A stretch of 64,000 nucleotides of DNA from Eledone cirrhosa (taxonomy: Eukaryota). Below the pieces are notes generated by a model. That model was not told the origin of the DNA and did no database searches. It saw only the letters and a list, made by a program, of their open reading frames with translations. Both the position numbers and the translations under genes were made by a program. Of the stretch, positions 14,001-27,013 are shown piece after piece. The stretch lies in contig OZ024743.1 in NCBI GenBank assembly GCA_964016885.1, positions 93,868,001 to 93,932,000 on the forward strand, read 5' to 3'. Positions within the stretch are counted from its first letter, which is position 1; each line of letters begins with the position of its first letter.

Positions 14001-17000
14001 TATACAGTATTTTGGTGAACAGTTTTATTAAGAAAATTTAATTGCAATAATTAAAGTGAGCTCTGAACCTTGTTACATTTTGTATAGTCAACTGTGTTTT
14101 TCCTTCAAAATTACAACCACTTAATTTTGAAGCTGTCTTAACTTGGGTATAGTACATACAAATTTTAAGAAATTTATGGGGTAGGTTACTCCCAAACACG
14201 AGGGTACTGGTGCATTAGGCTATTTTGAAATGGATTAGATGTTAGTATTTGTGTTGTTTTTATCATTTTTTTTCTTTTGCATAATATAGTGCAATTTATA
14301 GTTATTTGTCTTCAACATCATTTAACATATATTTTCCTCCTAGCAAGGGTTGAAAGGGTCACCACAAACCAAATTAGTACTGGAGCTACTGGCCTTTCAC
14401 ATGGACTGGGGATCACATCTTGCTTAGAAGGGCAAATCTGTAGCCAGAACAGATATAATCTTATTTTTTGTGTATTCTAATCATATAGCTGAGCATTAAT
14501 ATGTTATAACATTTATTCTTCATTCTTCTGATATTTCTGCTGATTATGATTAAATCTGTACTATAATATTGAAGAAAACTCTGCTCTCATTGCCACAGTA
14601 TACAATGCATACAGGTTTCAAGTACATGAATGTTTGTCTTTGCTTTGAGAGGATTCTATTTCAATAGAATTAAACCCCAATACAGTCAATATAACATTTT
14701 CTCTACTAATTTATTTTATACTGATGGCCCTTGGCTACTGGCTGCTATGAGCTGACTTGCAAGTTAAAGAGCAATGCTTGAGTTACTGCTGTGCAAGACA
14801 ACAGCAAATTAACTTATAATTTAAAAAGGTGTTCTGATAGAAAGACACACATTGATTATATATCTTGCATTCCTTTTTTCTATCTCTCTCCCTTTCTATA
14901 ATTTTTTTTTCCATTTGAAACAAAAAAAAAATGAAACAAAATGAAGTTTTATTGTTGGATTGCCTTTTATTTATTCTGATCACTTGCTTTGTGTTGTAAA
15001 TGTTGTATTGATGTTAATGTTGTTGCAATTCACACGACTTAAGTTAACTTTCTTTTAAGTTTTTGGTTGTAATTTTTCAATTTAATTTTTTTTTTAAAAT
15101 ATGATTGCATTTAATTTGTATGTTTTGTTGACTTGTCTTTTCTCTGTTTTCTTCCCGATATATTTGCTCCCCGTCTTGTCACCATGGTAACATAGCGATA
15201 ACAATTGGTCGCCTTGGTTTAGTATGTCCGCAAGAAGTCGCCCCTATGTTACAACAGTTTATCAGGCAGTGGTGTGTAAACCTTTTTTTTATTTCTCTTC
15301 TTTCACATTTTTTGTTCAGAATGATATTTCTTAAGTCTTGCAATGTTAACATAAACATCTGTCAAACTTATACAGCTGTCACAACTGCTCTATAATGGAA
15401 GCTGATGTTTGTTGACATTATTTAGACATTGAAATTCCTCTATGATCTACACAGCTGTTTTTCATTTATTTATTTAGATTATTATTATTACTTCTGTTTT
15501 TATTTACCTTTTTCTTTTTGTCTTTATCAGTTTTTTAACAGTTTTACATTAGTTTGTTTCTCTTTAGGAAACCTATGTACCCCCTTTATTATTGGCTTTA
15601 CAATTTATAACAATTCTCTTTCAGTTTATTTCATTTGTTATTATTTTTTACACCCTTCTGTTTTAAGCAGTCAAGCAAACCAAATGCTATTTGCAATTCA
15701 GAATGATCTCCAATCATTCTTTTAAGCCTTTTTCTATCAACACCATCTGTTGTTTTGGGGTGGGAATGATTTTGAGGTAATGTCATTGTTCCTTTCTAAT
15801 CACTGTCTCAAGTACGAGTGTTCCTGCTCCCTCCTCGCTATTTCTAGCTTTATAATTTAAAATGTTTTACAAACAGAAATTTACTGTCCTGTCAATGTTT
15901 GCTTTCTAGTCTTATGAATCAGAAATGAAAACTTTGAATATGCTCATTGTTTATTGTAAACTATGTTGTCTGCTGTAAAATATATAATGTTGAAATATAT
16001 AATTGAGAATATATTTAGTAATCATAGTTGCAACATTCCAGTTGAATTTGAAAATGGTTGCAAACACACATACAATATGTATAGTATTTTTAATGGTGCT
16101 GTTGTAAATGTTTTGATCTTAGCATGTTTGTAGTCTGTCCTTAACCGTTTTGATAACCAAACTACCCTTGGTTTTTATGATAAAAAAGCTATTTGTTTAA
16201 AGTGTTATTTATTATTATAAAAAAGAATTTTTGTTATGTTCCAAAGCTAGTTATATTGCTAAATACTTCCAAATTCTTGATTATTTTTATGAATATATGA
16301 AAATTATAGGCAGTATATTTCATAAGAAATATGGTAATGAAAGGGTTAATTAGAAATATAATGAAAGGCCTCAATAGCAATATGGTAGCAAATGGTTAAG
16401 ATAGTCTTGATCAGCAGATTGGGGGTGAAGAGTTGTTGAACTGGTTTTCTGTTGATCCTTAACTCTAATACTGTTTACAATTGGTCATTTGAAAGTGTTC
16501 AGTAGAAGTGAATTATTTCAGCAATATTAGTTTAAAATTTATAGATATTATTCAAATTATTTGTTTAGATTGATTTTAATTAATAAACATCTTACATAGT
16601 TTCTAAAGATTATTTTTGAATGTTCTCACCCAATTTTTCTTATATTTACTGTGATGGATTGAAAAGATTAGAAAATTATATTAGCAAAATTACTTGGTTG
16701 CGTTTCCTGGACATGTGTATATGCAGTGCTGCATAACTCAGGATAGAATATATACACTTAGTGCTTAGTGTAAAAACTTAGGTTCATTTTTTTTTTTTTT
16801 TTTTTTTTTTTAATGGAAGTTTTATAATAAATATTCTCAAGAAAACTGAAGATTTATAACTTAAAGTATAGTTAGCCATTTGTTTGACAGTTTAATAAAC
16901 TATATATAGTGCGTTATTAACTAGCTCATTGCAGACATTGTTGTAATAACTAAGATGTGTCATTGGTTTAATTAACTTTTCAATGAAGATGCAGATGTAA

Positions 17001-20000
17001 TAGAATTTCTGCTCACTCATGTTTGCTGTTGCATGTTGTAATGTGGTTCTTTAACTGCTATATATCATTGCTTACCATATTTCAGTTATACTCCATGTAA
17101 CAAATTTCCCTAAGATATTTTCCGTTTCATTCAAATATGGCTGTTAATTTGCTGGATTGTTTTATAATCTAACCCCCCAATCCCCCATTTTATTTTATTT
17201 ATTTTACTTCTCTACCTGTGTGTGCACCACTGCCAACTTTCTCAGGTCAGTTATTCTTTGGTAATTTAGAAACATTCCACAGGCAAAATTTTATACTCCA
17301 ACCAGTTTATACCTTACATTTTTTAGTCTTTTAATTATTGATGTATGGTGTTGTTGCATAAAAATTTCAATATTGGTGTGAACAATTTAACGTTTTGTCA
17401 TTTTATTGTAAAAATCTCACTAGCTGTAAATTGTACATGCAGGAACTTAAATTTCTTCCAGTTGCTGTGAAATGGTGGTCAGGTATTAAGATTTTAACAA
17501 AATTTCAACATTTGATATTTCTATGGCTCTCAGTAAAAGCTTTAGATATTGAAAGCAGTTTTGTATAATTTCCTATAGAGCATTATTTTTGTGCAGTCAT
17601 TTCTGGCGCCACATCTGAATAGTGAAATTTCCATCCAAATCCACAGTACCAGAGCCACAGAACATAATTTAGAAAACCGTGACTATATCTAGCTGGTAGC
17701 ATCTAGTCTCTTTCACTACTTCCTGCTCCTTACTTGTAAGGGTTGTGATGTTCCTGGTTCCAATTGTTGTGGCTTGCTCCCTTCTAAACCTTTGCATTTT
17801 CAGGATATGCAATCTTTGTGCATCCATCCCATGCCTCCTGGGACAGTTTGCAGGCCCATTGCCAGTTTTTGCAGCTTGAAATATATTTTTTGAAGAGGCT
17901 TCTTTACCTAAGGCCTGAACGTGTCCGTTGTTGACCTGCATGAAGGATGATGCGATGTGGCTCTTTTTCATACCTCTCACCATATTGTAGTTTTGGTGGT
18001 CTTATTTGTGCCAGTCACCAATCTGGTACTTTCTCAAACCTGTGAAAACTAAGACTCTCGTCCTCTCAAGGAAGCCTGCACAGTGCACTCTACATGTGAA
18101 TAGAGTTCCACTGAAGTAGGTGGAGAAGTTCAAGTGTCTTAGGGCCGTGATCATAAATGATGGATGGCAAGAGTGCAGAAACTGGTGAAGTAATGTGCCA
18201 GCTTCAGCATTCGGTAATCAGAAGAAAGGAGGTAGGTGTAAAAGCCAAACTCGTTATCTTCAATTCGGTATTTGTACCAACCCTTACCTATGGTCGTGAA
18301 TCTTGGGTAATGACCAAAAGAATACGATTGCGAATACAAGTGGCCGAAATGGGGGTTCTTCTGAGGGGTCTTTGGAATAACGTTACTCAATAGAGTGCGT
18401 AGCTTGGAGATCAGAGAGCTGCTACTTCTCAAAATTGAGAGATCACAGATCCGATATTATGGGCAAAACCAACCGGTAGGAGACCCAGGGGCAGACCCCG
18501 AACAAGATGGTTGGATAACATCCATGAGCTTGGCTGGTCTAGCTTGGGGATTTAGCCGGATCAATTGGAGATGGCTGTTTCTGACAGGACCCGCTGGAGG
18601 GAGGGAGTGTTCTAGAACTCTACTCCCACGACCCTCTCAGGAATACGTGGGCAAGAAGTGTTATTACTAATCTACTTTTCCTCTCCATATGTTTCTTCAT
18701 AATTATTTACAGGTGTCCATTTGCAGTAAAAGTTTTTGAATATAGATTTTGTTCCCTCAAATATAATAAAACCTTACTTGGTTGTTGTTATAATTTGATG
18801 TGGCATCAAGTGGTTATATTTTACTTAGGCTAACTCCGATATATCAGTCAAAAATAAAATGTCTGGGTGATATCATGTAAGGTATGTGATGGATTTGTAT
18901 GTTTATATAAGTTGTAACAAGTAGTAGTAGTAGTAGTAATTAATGATACTATCTGATTATCACACTATCTCTGAAGTTTAATTTAAAGATTATGAAACAA
19001 AATAGGGTATATCTTGTGATCAATGTATCATTTTGAATTTGGATTTCCGATCAGTTATGTAGGTAGAAATGTTTGGATGGTGTACACAATCCATGAAGAA
19101 ATTTGGATAGGTATATATATAATTTTGGATAGGTAATTGTTTACATACAAATGCGTCATCAAATATAAACAATGAATAGAATATTTCTTTAATGACATAA
19201 TCCCTTTTGTTACTATATTTCTAACTAAAATACACATATTGTGATCAATTAAATTCTGAATTAAGCAAAAAGTTGGACTAGTTTTGTAAAGCAACTAAAC
19301 ATTTCCTTTTTTACTGATATATGAACTTATTCTGTGGAACACAACAAAAAGTTTTTTTACATAATTTTTATTTCAAAACTACTCTAATTACAGATAAATA
19401 CTGGCAAATTTCATAAAATGTAAAATTAATTTTATAATGTTTTAACAATTATTTAAACAAATATTAAAATATTTGTTCGTACATAAAATGAATTATTAAC
19501 CAATATTCAACTGTGTGTATAACAATTGTAATATAGAAGAATTGTACATCATTGAATTTTCAATTGAACTTGAGTGTATATAAACAGGTGTACTTTAACC
19601 CTTTAGCATTTGCATTACTCTATATATACTATTGTATTTTCATGGTAAAGGCTTTATCTCACATAATATCGAATCTATGAGATTTTGATAATATTTATTT
19701 TGAGAACAATACCTTAACATAAGTATGCATGACCAGTTTGAACAGAAAGAGGTGAGCGAATTCTGGCTGGATACGACCAGTTTAAATGCTAAAGGGTTAA
19801 AGGTAATATAATGGAATTTGTGTTTGAAGAAAACTACAAGATGAAATAATTTTCTAGGTTTTAATAGTATGATTTATATCTACTTAGGACACGATCCAAA
19901 AAGGGTCTTATTCTAAATAAGGGGTCATAATCTACATCTCCACATACTGGTATACTGCTAGTGTCTTGTATGTGAAAATATTCTCAAAGTTTTATGAAGC

Positions 20001-23000
20001 ATGTTCATGTTATTATACTGGAACCATAGATGTCACAGAAAGGTTAATCTGTACTCCAGTAGTTAATAATCTTGGGCAGCTTCAAATGCCTTTTATAATA
20101 ATATTTATGGCAAAAATGCCTGAATTACCTCCAGGCATGTAAGAAATCATAATTATGATTTATTTACATTCTGCATACTGATTAGTTTCTGCAGTTATTA
20201 TATGGAACATTTCAAGTGGAAATAAATAAATAGTAATCCACAACTTTTGCATCACCAGAAAGGTTTTGTCATTTCAGAAAAGATTTTAAAAGAACTTTCT
20301 TCGAAATTTTCATTCGTCTTGATAAATACCACTTTCATTATTTATATCACTGTTGTTATCATAATTTGAGTCACTGCTTGCATTTGCAAAGCTGGTATCC
20401 ATTTTCTGTGGGGGTTTTTTTTTTTTAATGCCAACAAAAACATTTTCAAATTACAGTGTGGGGAAAAAAATCACAAATTTCATGATGAAAAATATCAGAA
20501 TAACTCTGACAATTGTTTATCTATCAGTTATATGTTATCGTTGGCATAGTAATAAGATTTGTGTCAACATTCTTATTGAAATATGAATAGATCTTTTCTG
20601 GTGGGTTAGTATTGTTAGATAAAAACATTTGCAGGCCATTTGGGAGAGTTGGTATTGAAAAGGTTGAAATTATTTAACCCTTTAGCATTCAAAGCGACAA
20701 AAACCGACAAGATTATGTCCCCTTTCATTTATTCAAACCGACAAAAACCGACATTTAATACCACACGGAGATTTCCTTCTAAAAATAAACATTGACATCA
20801 TCGAAATCTTGTCAATTCGAGATTACTGCGAGATAAAGCCCTTACGCGCGAAAATTAACTCTTAGTATAGTTAAAGAACTTGCGATAACGTGTTTTTAAC
20901 GTTGAAAGTGTAACATGGCTTCCGAAAGTAGCGACAACGAATTTGAAGGTTTTACGTCCGACAACATTCGAGATCAAAAAGAAACAGAAGATAATATCAG
21001 TGATTTATCTTCAAACGAATCAGATATATTTATTTCTGATATATCTGATAATGATGATAGTTACTTTGAAAGTGAAAGAGAAGATTTGACTGACACCATT
21101 GAAAAAACAGCAACGTGATTGAAAGAAACAACATCGATACATGTTTCGGATTTTACTGAAAATATTGGACCACAACACACATTACCACCCGATGCTAAAG
21201 CACTGGATTATTATTTTTTATTTTTACCACAATTTTTCTTCGAAGTTGTGGCAACTCGCTATGCACAACAACAAATTTTTAATATCGGAAAACCCGATCT
21301 GTTATGGCGTCCGACAGATTCTGCCGAAATGAAAGCGTTTTTTACCATAAATATTATGTTTGGTATTAAACAATTTCCACGACTGCAATTATTGGAGTAC
21401 TGATATAAGGTTTGGTGACCCTTATATATCTAGTATTATGGCAAAAACGAGATTCATTAAATTAAACCAGTATTTGCATCTGGTTGATACTTCAAATACC
21501 CCTGGTAGAAATGAATCAAATTACAACCCACTGTACAAAGTACGACCATTAATTGAAATATTGTCAGAAAAATTTAAAAGTGTGTATAAACTTATATATT
21601 GGGAACATTCTGTTACGTAATTTTACACCGTACATTTACAGAGGACATTGCCAATATTATTTTGACCGGTGAAAAGGTTTTATACATTTTTTTCAATGAA
21701 AATATTTGCCTGGAATGTAGAGAAAGACTAAAACAGTGTACTGATTACACCTGCATTTTTAATTAATTCACCTGTTCGGAAAACTGCTAGAATTGATGGA
21801 AATCAGCATCTAGGTCATTATTGGATTTTTTTGCAACAAATCTAACAGATAAGGCAGATAAAGTTTAAATTTTTGTGTTTATCCATAAAGTTATTACTTT
21901 TACACCTGTTAATTAATTTCACCTGCCCATAAAAGTCAAATTTAACAAAAAAAAATCAGGTAAAAATATATAATTGTAAATTATAGTTATTTAAACATCT
22001 ACTGACAAAATTTCAAGCCTGCACATAGAAAATTAAAGTAATTACAAACAAATAAAATTGATAACCCTCTTGAGTATAATTAAGTGAAAATAATGCGACT
22101 AGATGAACATGACATTTGACAATTCAATGTCTAAAGGGTTAAAGGAAGATTAGGAATAAGATGGTTAAAAATTTAACTTTGAGTAACCAACAAATAATAA
22201 GCTTTTTTTGTAATGTTTTCTCAGTCAAGTGGGAACAACATTGTGACCTTAACAAAAGCAAAACGTTTGGTTGGTGGAAATAACTTGACTTTATGCCTCT
22301 TAATGTGGTTATTTAACATTTAATTTAATGTCTTGTAAGAGGACTTCTAGACATGTTTGTAATAAGTCTTTTAAAACTTTCACAATTTTCATGCCCATAA
22401 AGAACTACAAGCAATTTGAAGAACTGAAATTGCCTGGTTTTAAAATGATGCACTGCTTATCTAACTTGCTGACTCTTGTTGTTTATTTTTTTATGGTATA
22501 CTCAGAGGAAGGATAGCATCCATGACCTTTGCAGGTCTTAGACTTTGGCAAGGAAGAAATAACTTGTTGGTTACTACAGTGGGAAATAGGGCATCAATAT
22601 ACACCTGGTCTGAATGCTTGCAGCAGTGGCCTCTACTAAAAGTACTAATGAGTCAGGTGGTAGTGTTAAAGTAAGCAATAGATTGTCTACCATTCAATAG
22701 TTTGATGGGCTTCCACAGTTTATGAAAACTTTAGGAAGATACTTGTCCAGGGTGCTGTGCAGTGGGATCAAGCTTAGAACACATAATTTTAAAGTGAACT
22801 TCTTAACTATATCACCGGTCTTGCTTCTCTTTTAGTAAATTTCCTACCATTCCAACTGGTGTGCCAGAAATTTTATTTCCTTTATATCAAAACTTTACTG
22901 ATCTAATTTATTAACTTGAGTACATATTGTTTTTCAGTTAAACATGGATGATACCTAATTATGTCGCCCTTTTTTTTTTTTTTTCTTACTGTTGATTAAC

Positions 23001-26000
23001 ATTTTTAAATTCTTAATTTGGTAATCCTTTTACTTTTCAGGTCCCTATATTAAAACTTTTAGGGTTTAAGTTTTCTTATTTAGCTGGACAGGATAGAGGA
23101 CAATGAATCCTTTTATCAACTCTTTTTCTTCTTGGTAAATGTTCGTTAATAAGACAAAGAATTCTGTGTATTTGTAAAAACTATCAGATAGATAGCATTT
23201 AGTGGGTTTAACTTAGCTTAAAGAAAAAAGATTTCTCTGTATTTGTGAAAACTCCAAGTTCAGCATCAATTGTTTTCCTATTGGCTATAGCGCCAGGATG
23301 TCCTGTTTGATACCTCTAATGTAATTATGGAGTGAGATCAGATTGCAACAAAGATGAAGAGAATTACTGTCTATACCGGTATTATTGTGACTTTTAAAGA
23401 TAGTTGCATTTAACAGCTTCTATTGAAGGTGTTAGCCCTGGGTCAGTCATGATTTTTACCATGATCGCTGGAAATTTGCTTGCAGTTTCTAGCAGGTTGA
23501 GAAACTTCATAAGATCTCTTTCATTGGCTTGAATAACCATTTTGATACCAAAATCTCCCCCAGCCTGTTCTACAGTGTAAACTGTTTGAAAGTGTTTATA
23601 TTTAACTGAAAACAAGTTTAATAATGATTAAGTTTGTTATATTATTAAGCCCTCTGAATTTTGGATTTTCAAAATGCTTTGAAATCCATAGACATTATCA
23701 TTAGGTAATGAAAGTGTTAAAGTTGTTCAGTGTGGTAGACTCTAATCTCAAAATAGCAAAGACTTGTGTATGACATGTTTAATTACTCAGAATAATGCTG
23801 TATGTACCACACACCAGTTGTGGCTCGAAAGGCAAATTTCTTTGAGTTTACAAAACTAAAGCAGTTAAATTAGAAGCTGTTCTTTAAACTGCAGAAATCA
23901 TCAGTTTAGCATTTAACTATTTGCCTCTTTGTATCTTATATTTAGGCTTAGAAGTTCCTGCGTTTTGTGACACATGAGGCAGCCAAAGGGCTCTAATGAC
24001 CATGGTCAGTTACATCTATCAATACATCATTCCAACATTTGTTGATGGGTTTCAGGTCCACTTTCTATGGGGTACCAATACAGGACCTGATTAGCATGTC
24101 TCTTATTTTGCATATCCTAATATTTACAAAACAGCCACAAAGGAATTGTATCAGTGAATAGGTTGGAAGAAATATATTTCAAGCATAAATGACAATTATA
24201 AAAAATATATATTGGGATTACAAATAGTTTTGTGTAAATTCTTTCATCTCAATATTTGATAATTCTGATGTTTGTATCTTCTATTATTTTGCTGATTGTG
24301 ACCATACTGGAGTATCACATTGAAGGGTTATTTCAGTCTTGGACTTAATTTGGGGAAAATCGACATAAAAATGATTGAATAGGCTTGGTTGTGCAATTGT
24401 TGTATGTTAATAAATTTGTGGACTTGTTAGAAGATGACTTTCTATTCTAAAATTAAATACAATTAAAATCCTAGTAAATAGAGAAGTAAAATGTTTAATT
24501 TTTACCTAATAATGTAATACAATAGTTTAGATTTAGCAGCTAGATTTATGGTATAAATCCTTACTTATTTAATCTCTTGAAAAATGTAACTAATTATGTT
24601 GGTTACAAATTTTTCTGTCATTTTAATTATTCTTCAATTTCTCATAAACATAATACATTTTTTATATTCAATTTTCTTTCAGCAATCACTCCAAATAACT
24701 ATAGAGTCATTATTATTTTCTGAAATATTGCTGTTTTTTTCCTCTCTCTGTATTTATCAGTAGTATTTTCGATTCCTTCCTACTTTATATTAATTGACAA
24801 TTTGTTTCAACATAGGTGTACTTCCTTGCGGAATATCCGTGACAATGAAGAAAAAGATTCTGCTTTCCGTGGAGTGTGCAATATGATAAATGTGAATCCA
24901 GCTGGTGTTGTACAAGATTTCATTTTCTTCTGTGATGCTGTTGCCTCTTGGGTGCACCCCAAACATGACCTTAAAGAAATGTTCTACAAGGTGAATTTCT
25001 TTTCTGATTCTTTCAATATGTTTGCATAGTGTTGTGCATATATTTCTTGTATGCTGGTATGGGTAAGATGAATTTACAAATTTTGATATTTGAATGTGAA
25101 TTTCTAGAGCATGCATTTTTATAGCTGGAACTTACTTTTTCTTTTTCCCCACTAACTCATCTATCTCTGCCTATTTTCCATCCAAACAGCTATGTCATGA
25201 GGGAAGTCATTTGAACTGTCCTTATTTGGTGACCTGCTGTCACCCAACTGATAACCATAGTTCTCTCTCTGTTGCCATTTACAGCTAACCATTGTTTGCT
25301 ACCCTCCATGTAGCTCTTGGTTGACACCTACCATAATTCATCTTATGCTTCTTGTAATATTATATGCAATAACCAACACACATCTTCTACTCACTGTCTC
25401 CCCCATTAACCCCGCTTTACCATCCCATCGCTCTGATTCTTCCCCATTAAACCTGTATGTATACATTTTCTCCAACTTGGCCAGCACTTCTCTTTTCATT
25501 CCCTTCAAAGAATGGATACTACGTGGATTAGAGAGGACTCTTTAGCATTGCAGGCAACAAGGCAACCTCTCTAGTTATGGTGCCATGATAAAATGTTCTC
25601 AGTATACTATGGTGATCGAATGGTTACAATGTAGAGTAGATAGAGCCAGCCAGTCAGTCTTGTTAAGGACAAAACAATCTCTCTGTGCTGATGCCATGAT
25701 AAAACTATACACTGTAAAGTGGTTGGTTAGAAAAGGCACCCAGCCATAAAAGCTATGCCAGAAAGAGGACTGTATGAGCAAGGTATAGTAACTTTTGAAT
25801 AAATACTACCTTGGGTTCTAGTGTCTTGTTCAGTCCATACCGGCATGGAAAAGCAGGCATAAAATAATGGGGACGATGTCCAACCTGGCATTAATTACTA
25901 AATTATGATGTGAAAACCTTTTTTTCCTACTAATCAGACTGCAATATGTTGGTAAATGACCTTCATTTAGGTGTTTAAACTCCTAAACATTTAGGGGTCT

Positions 26001-26463
26001 ATAGAGTCTAAAAAAACTATTTTAAAATAACCAAAACGTTGATTTATAGCAGTTCTGAATTCAAAGTGATGTTTCTTCTACTTGTTTTGATAAGTATCAG
26101 ATCTTTAGGAAATGTCACCAGTGTTCGGCATAAATGTATGGATGCATTGACCATTTACGAGACCTTTTCGTTGTGGAGACACATATACATATGTACACTT
26201 ATGTGTATATATATGTTTTATGTATGTGTTCTTACTTTTTGAATGTTTTCGTTTTCTTCATGAACTGTGTTGCATTTATTTGTACTCGATATATCAACAT
26301 TTAACGTCTACTTTCTCTGCTATATGTATATATTTTTGTTTAATTATTTAATCAGATTCTTCATGGATTCAAGCAACAAGTTGGAGATGAGAATTGGTCC
26401 AAGTTTTCTGACCAGTTTCCACAGCCTCTTAGAGAGCGACTTGCTGTTAATTATGGAGTTTGA
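608..26463 (+). CDS. TNPO1: Transportin-1 / karyopherin beta-2, C-terminal part (9 coding exons; 5' exons lie upstream of the window)
   Basis: Spliced exons 608-694, 2136-2243, 2870-3028, 4598-4685, 5141-5239, 6024-6119, 15196-15271, 24816-24990, 26356-26463. All are GT-AG with consistent phases. The translation matches transportin HEAT repeats and ends ...[10 protein letters not shown]. Confidence 0.96.
1659..1994 (+). mobile_element. tRNA-derived SINE family A (RTE-like tail)
   Basis: A box TGGCTTAGTGG, B box GAGTTCAATTC; tail ggacgtaaaatga(tga)n resembles the RTE 3' end at 63400-63455. Confidence 0.88.
2136..2243 (+). CDS. TNPO1: Transportin exon [36 protein letters not shown]
   Basis: tacag / gtaagt, 108 nt. 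Confidence 0.95.
2870..3028 (+). CDS. TNPO1: Transportin exon [31 protein letters not shown]...CMQ
   Basis: ttcag / gtgaga, 159 nt; ORF 2876..3142. Confidence 0.95.
4598..4685 (+). CDS. TNPO1: Transportin exon [29 protein letters not shown]
   Basis: actag / gtaagt, 88 nt. Confidence 0.95.
5141..5239 (+). CDS. TNPO1: Transportin exon [32 protein letters not shown]
   Basis: tttag / gtaatt, 99 nt. Confidence 0.95.
5655..5856 (+). mobile_element. SINE family B (5' truncated)
   Basis: Same core as 27014-27201. Confidence 0.75.
6024..6119 (+). CDS. TNPO1: Transportin exon [31 protein letters not shown]
   Basis: atcag / gtcagt, 96 nt. Confidence 0.95.
7608..7727. repeat. 59-bp tandem duplication
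   Basis: ctgattgtttttgtgttaaactggcattgacat...cattcatattttct x2. Confidence 0.85.
9202..10667 (+). mobile_element. Internally deleted piggyBac transposon, copy 1
   Basis: TTAA TSDs (9198-9201, 10668-10671), TIRs CCCTTTAGCGTTCA / TGAATGCTAAAGGG, N-terminal transposase fragment. Confidence 0.93.
9441..10145 (+). CDS. Truncated piggyBac transposase (N-terminal 234 aa, no DDD catalytic core)
   Basis: Acidic N-terminus, YWSTD, RFxxLxxYLH and DPLYKVRPL motifs typical of PGBD transposases; ends before the catalytic domain. Confidence 0.75.
   Translation: MASESSDNEFEGFTSDDIRDQKETEDNISDLSSNESDIFISDISDNDDSYFESEREDLTDTIEKIATWLKETSIHVSDFTENIGPQHTLPPDAKALDYYFLFLPQSFFEVVANRYAQQQISNIGKPDLLCCPTDSAEMKALFTINIMFGIKQFPRLWNYWSTDIRFGDPYISSIMAKTRFIKLNQYLHLVDTSNAPGRNESNYDPLYKVRPLIEILSEKFKSVYNLIYWELSIT
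11855..12034 (-). mobile_element. SINE family B
   Basis: 19-bp TSD TAAAATTATTATATATAAT; partial + strand copy at ~11537-11630. Confidence 0.85.
12166..12505. mobile_element. Tc1/mariner-type MITE
   Basis: TA TSDs; TIR CTCTTGGGTCTCAAACAA / TTGTTTGGGACCTGAGAG. Confidence 0.7.
15196..15271 (+). CDS. TNPO1: Transportin exon [26 protein letters not shown]
   Basis: catag / gtgtgt, 76 nt, isolated between two ~9-kb introns. Confidence 0.93.
16145..16345. mobile_element. Older TTAA-flanked MITE
   Basis: ttaaccgttttgataacc ... ggtaatgaaagggttaa; related sequences near 4885-5112 and 13658-13880. Confidence 0.5.
17600..18660. pseudogene. Degenerate RTE/Bov-B-like LINE pieces in opposite orientations
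   Basis: Minus-strand APE N-terminus (IGTRNITTL...YQLDI) at 17669-17983; plus-strand C-terminus ([10 protein letters not shown], RPRxRW) at 18050-18660. Confidence 0.65.
19599..19796. mobile_element. piggyBac-type MITE (198 bp)
   Basis: TTAA-CCCTTTAGCATTT ... AAATGCTAAAGGG-TTAA. Confidence 0.85.
20678..22138 (+). mobile_element. Internally deleted piggyBac transposon, copy 2 (ORF broken by a nonsense codon and a frameshift)
   Basis: TTAA at 20674-20677 and 22139-22142; near-identical to 9202-10667; 5-bp deletion in right TIR. Confidence 0.93.
24816..24990 (+). CDS. TNPO1: Transportin exon [19 protein letters not shown]...DLKEMFYK
   Basis: catag / gtgaat, 175 nt; ORF 24802..25029. Confidence 0.95.
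26356..26463 (+). CDS. TNPO1: Transportin last coding exon [35 protein letters not shown]
   Basis: atcag acceptor, TGA at 26461-26463; G/GTATGT donor 25 nt after the stop. Confidence 0.95.
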   Translation: MLHGFKQQVGDENWSKFSDQFPQPLRERLAVNYGV

Positions 26464-27013
26464 TTATCTAGGTTGCTCACCAAGGATGGTATGTTGTCTA
26501 TGTATTTGGGAATTTGTTTTTGTATGACTGAAAAAATTTATACTATTCATAGAAAAAATGTAACTGACTTACAAACCATACAGCATAATGAAGCTATAAT
26601 ATATATCAAAGAAAATAGTTGATTGTGATTAATTGATGGTGAATTAAACATACTAGCAGAAAAACCACGCTTTGGGTGGTTTTTCTGCTAGTATGTGTAG
26701 TGTGCATATTGATATTATACACAAATATATATAGATATTTCAAATGAAATCGTAATTGACAATATGCACATAAATTGAAGAGTCTATGTTACACTCTGTT
26801 ATGTAATCAGTAAAGTAATCCATGATACATTAAAAAAAAGACGATATTTGGATAAAATTTAGCGAAGAAAATATATGAATGGCTATATAAGCAATTGTTA
26901 ACCGGAAGCGTTGACATTTGAAAATTTTAAAGTGAATGTCTTAACTAATAAAATTATTTATATTTAATCAGGAGAGTTACGAAATTTAGTAGATAAATAT
27001 TATTTATTCAAAA

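Noticed and set aside
24683-24723. Possible duplicate mutually exclusive transportin exon starting AIT
   Set aside because: Similarity stops after three residues and hits TGA; no donor.
26461-26490. Stop-codon read-through of transportin
   Set aside because: TGA-TTA context is not the leaky motif, and the spliced extension stops after 12 codons.
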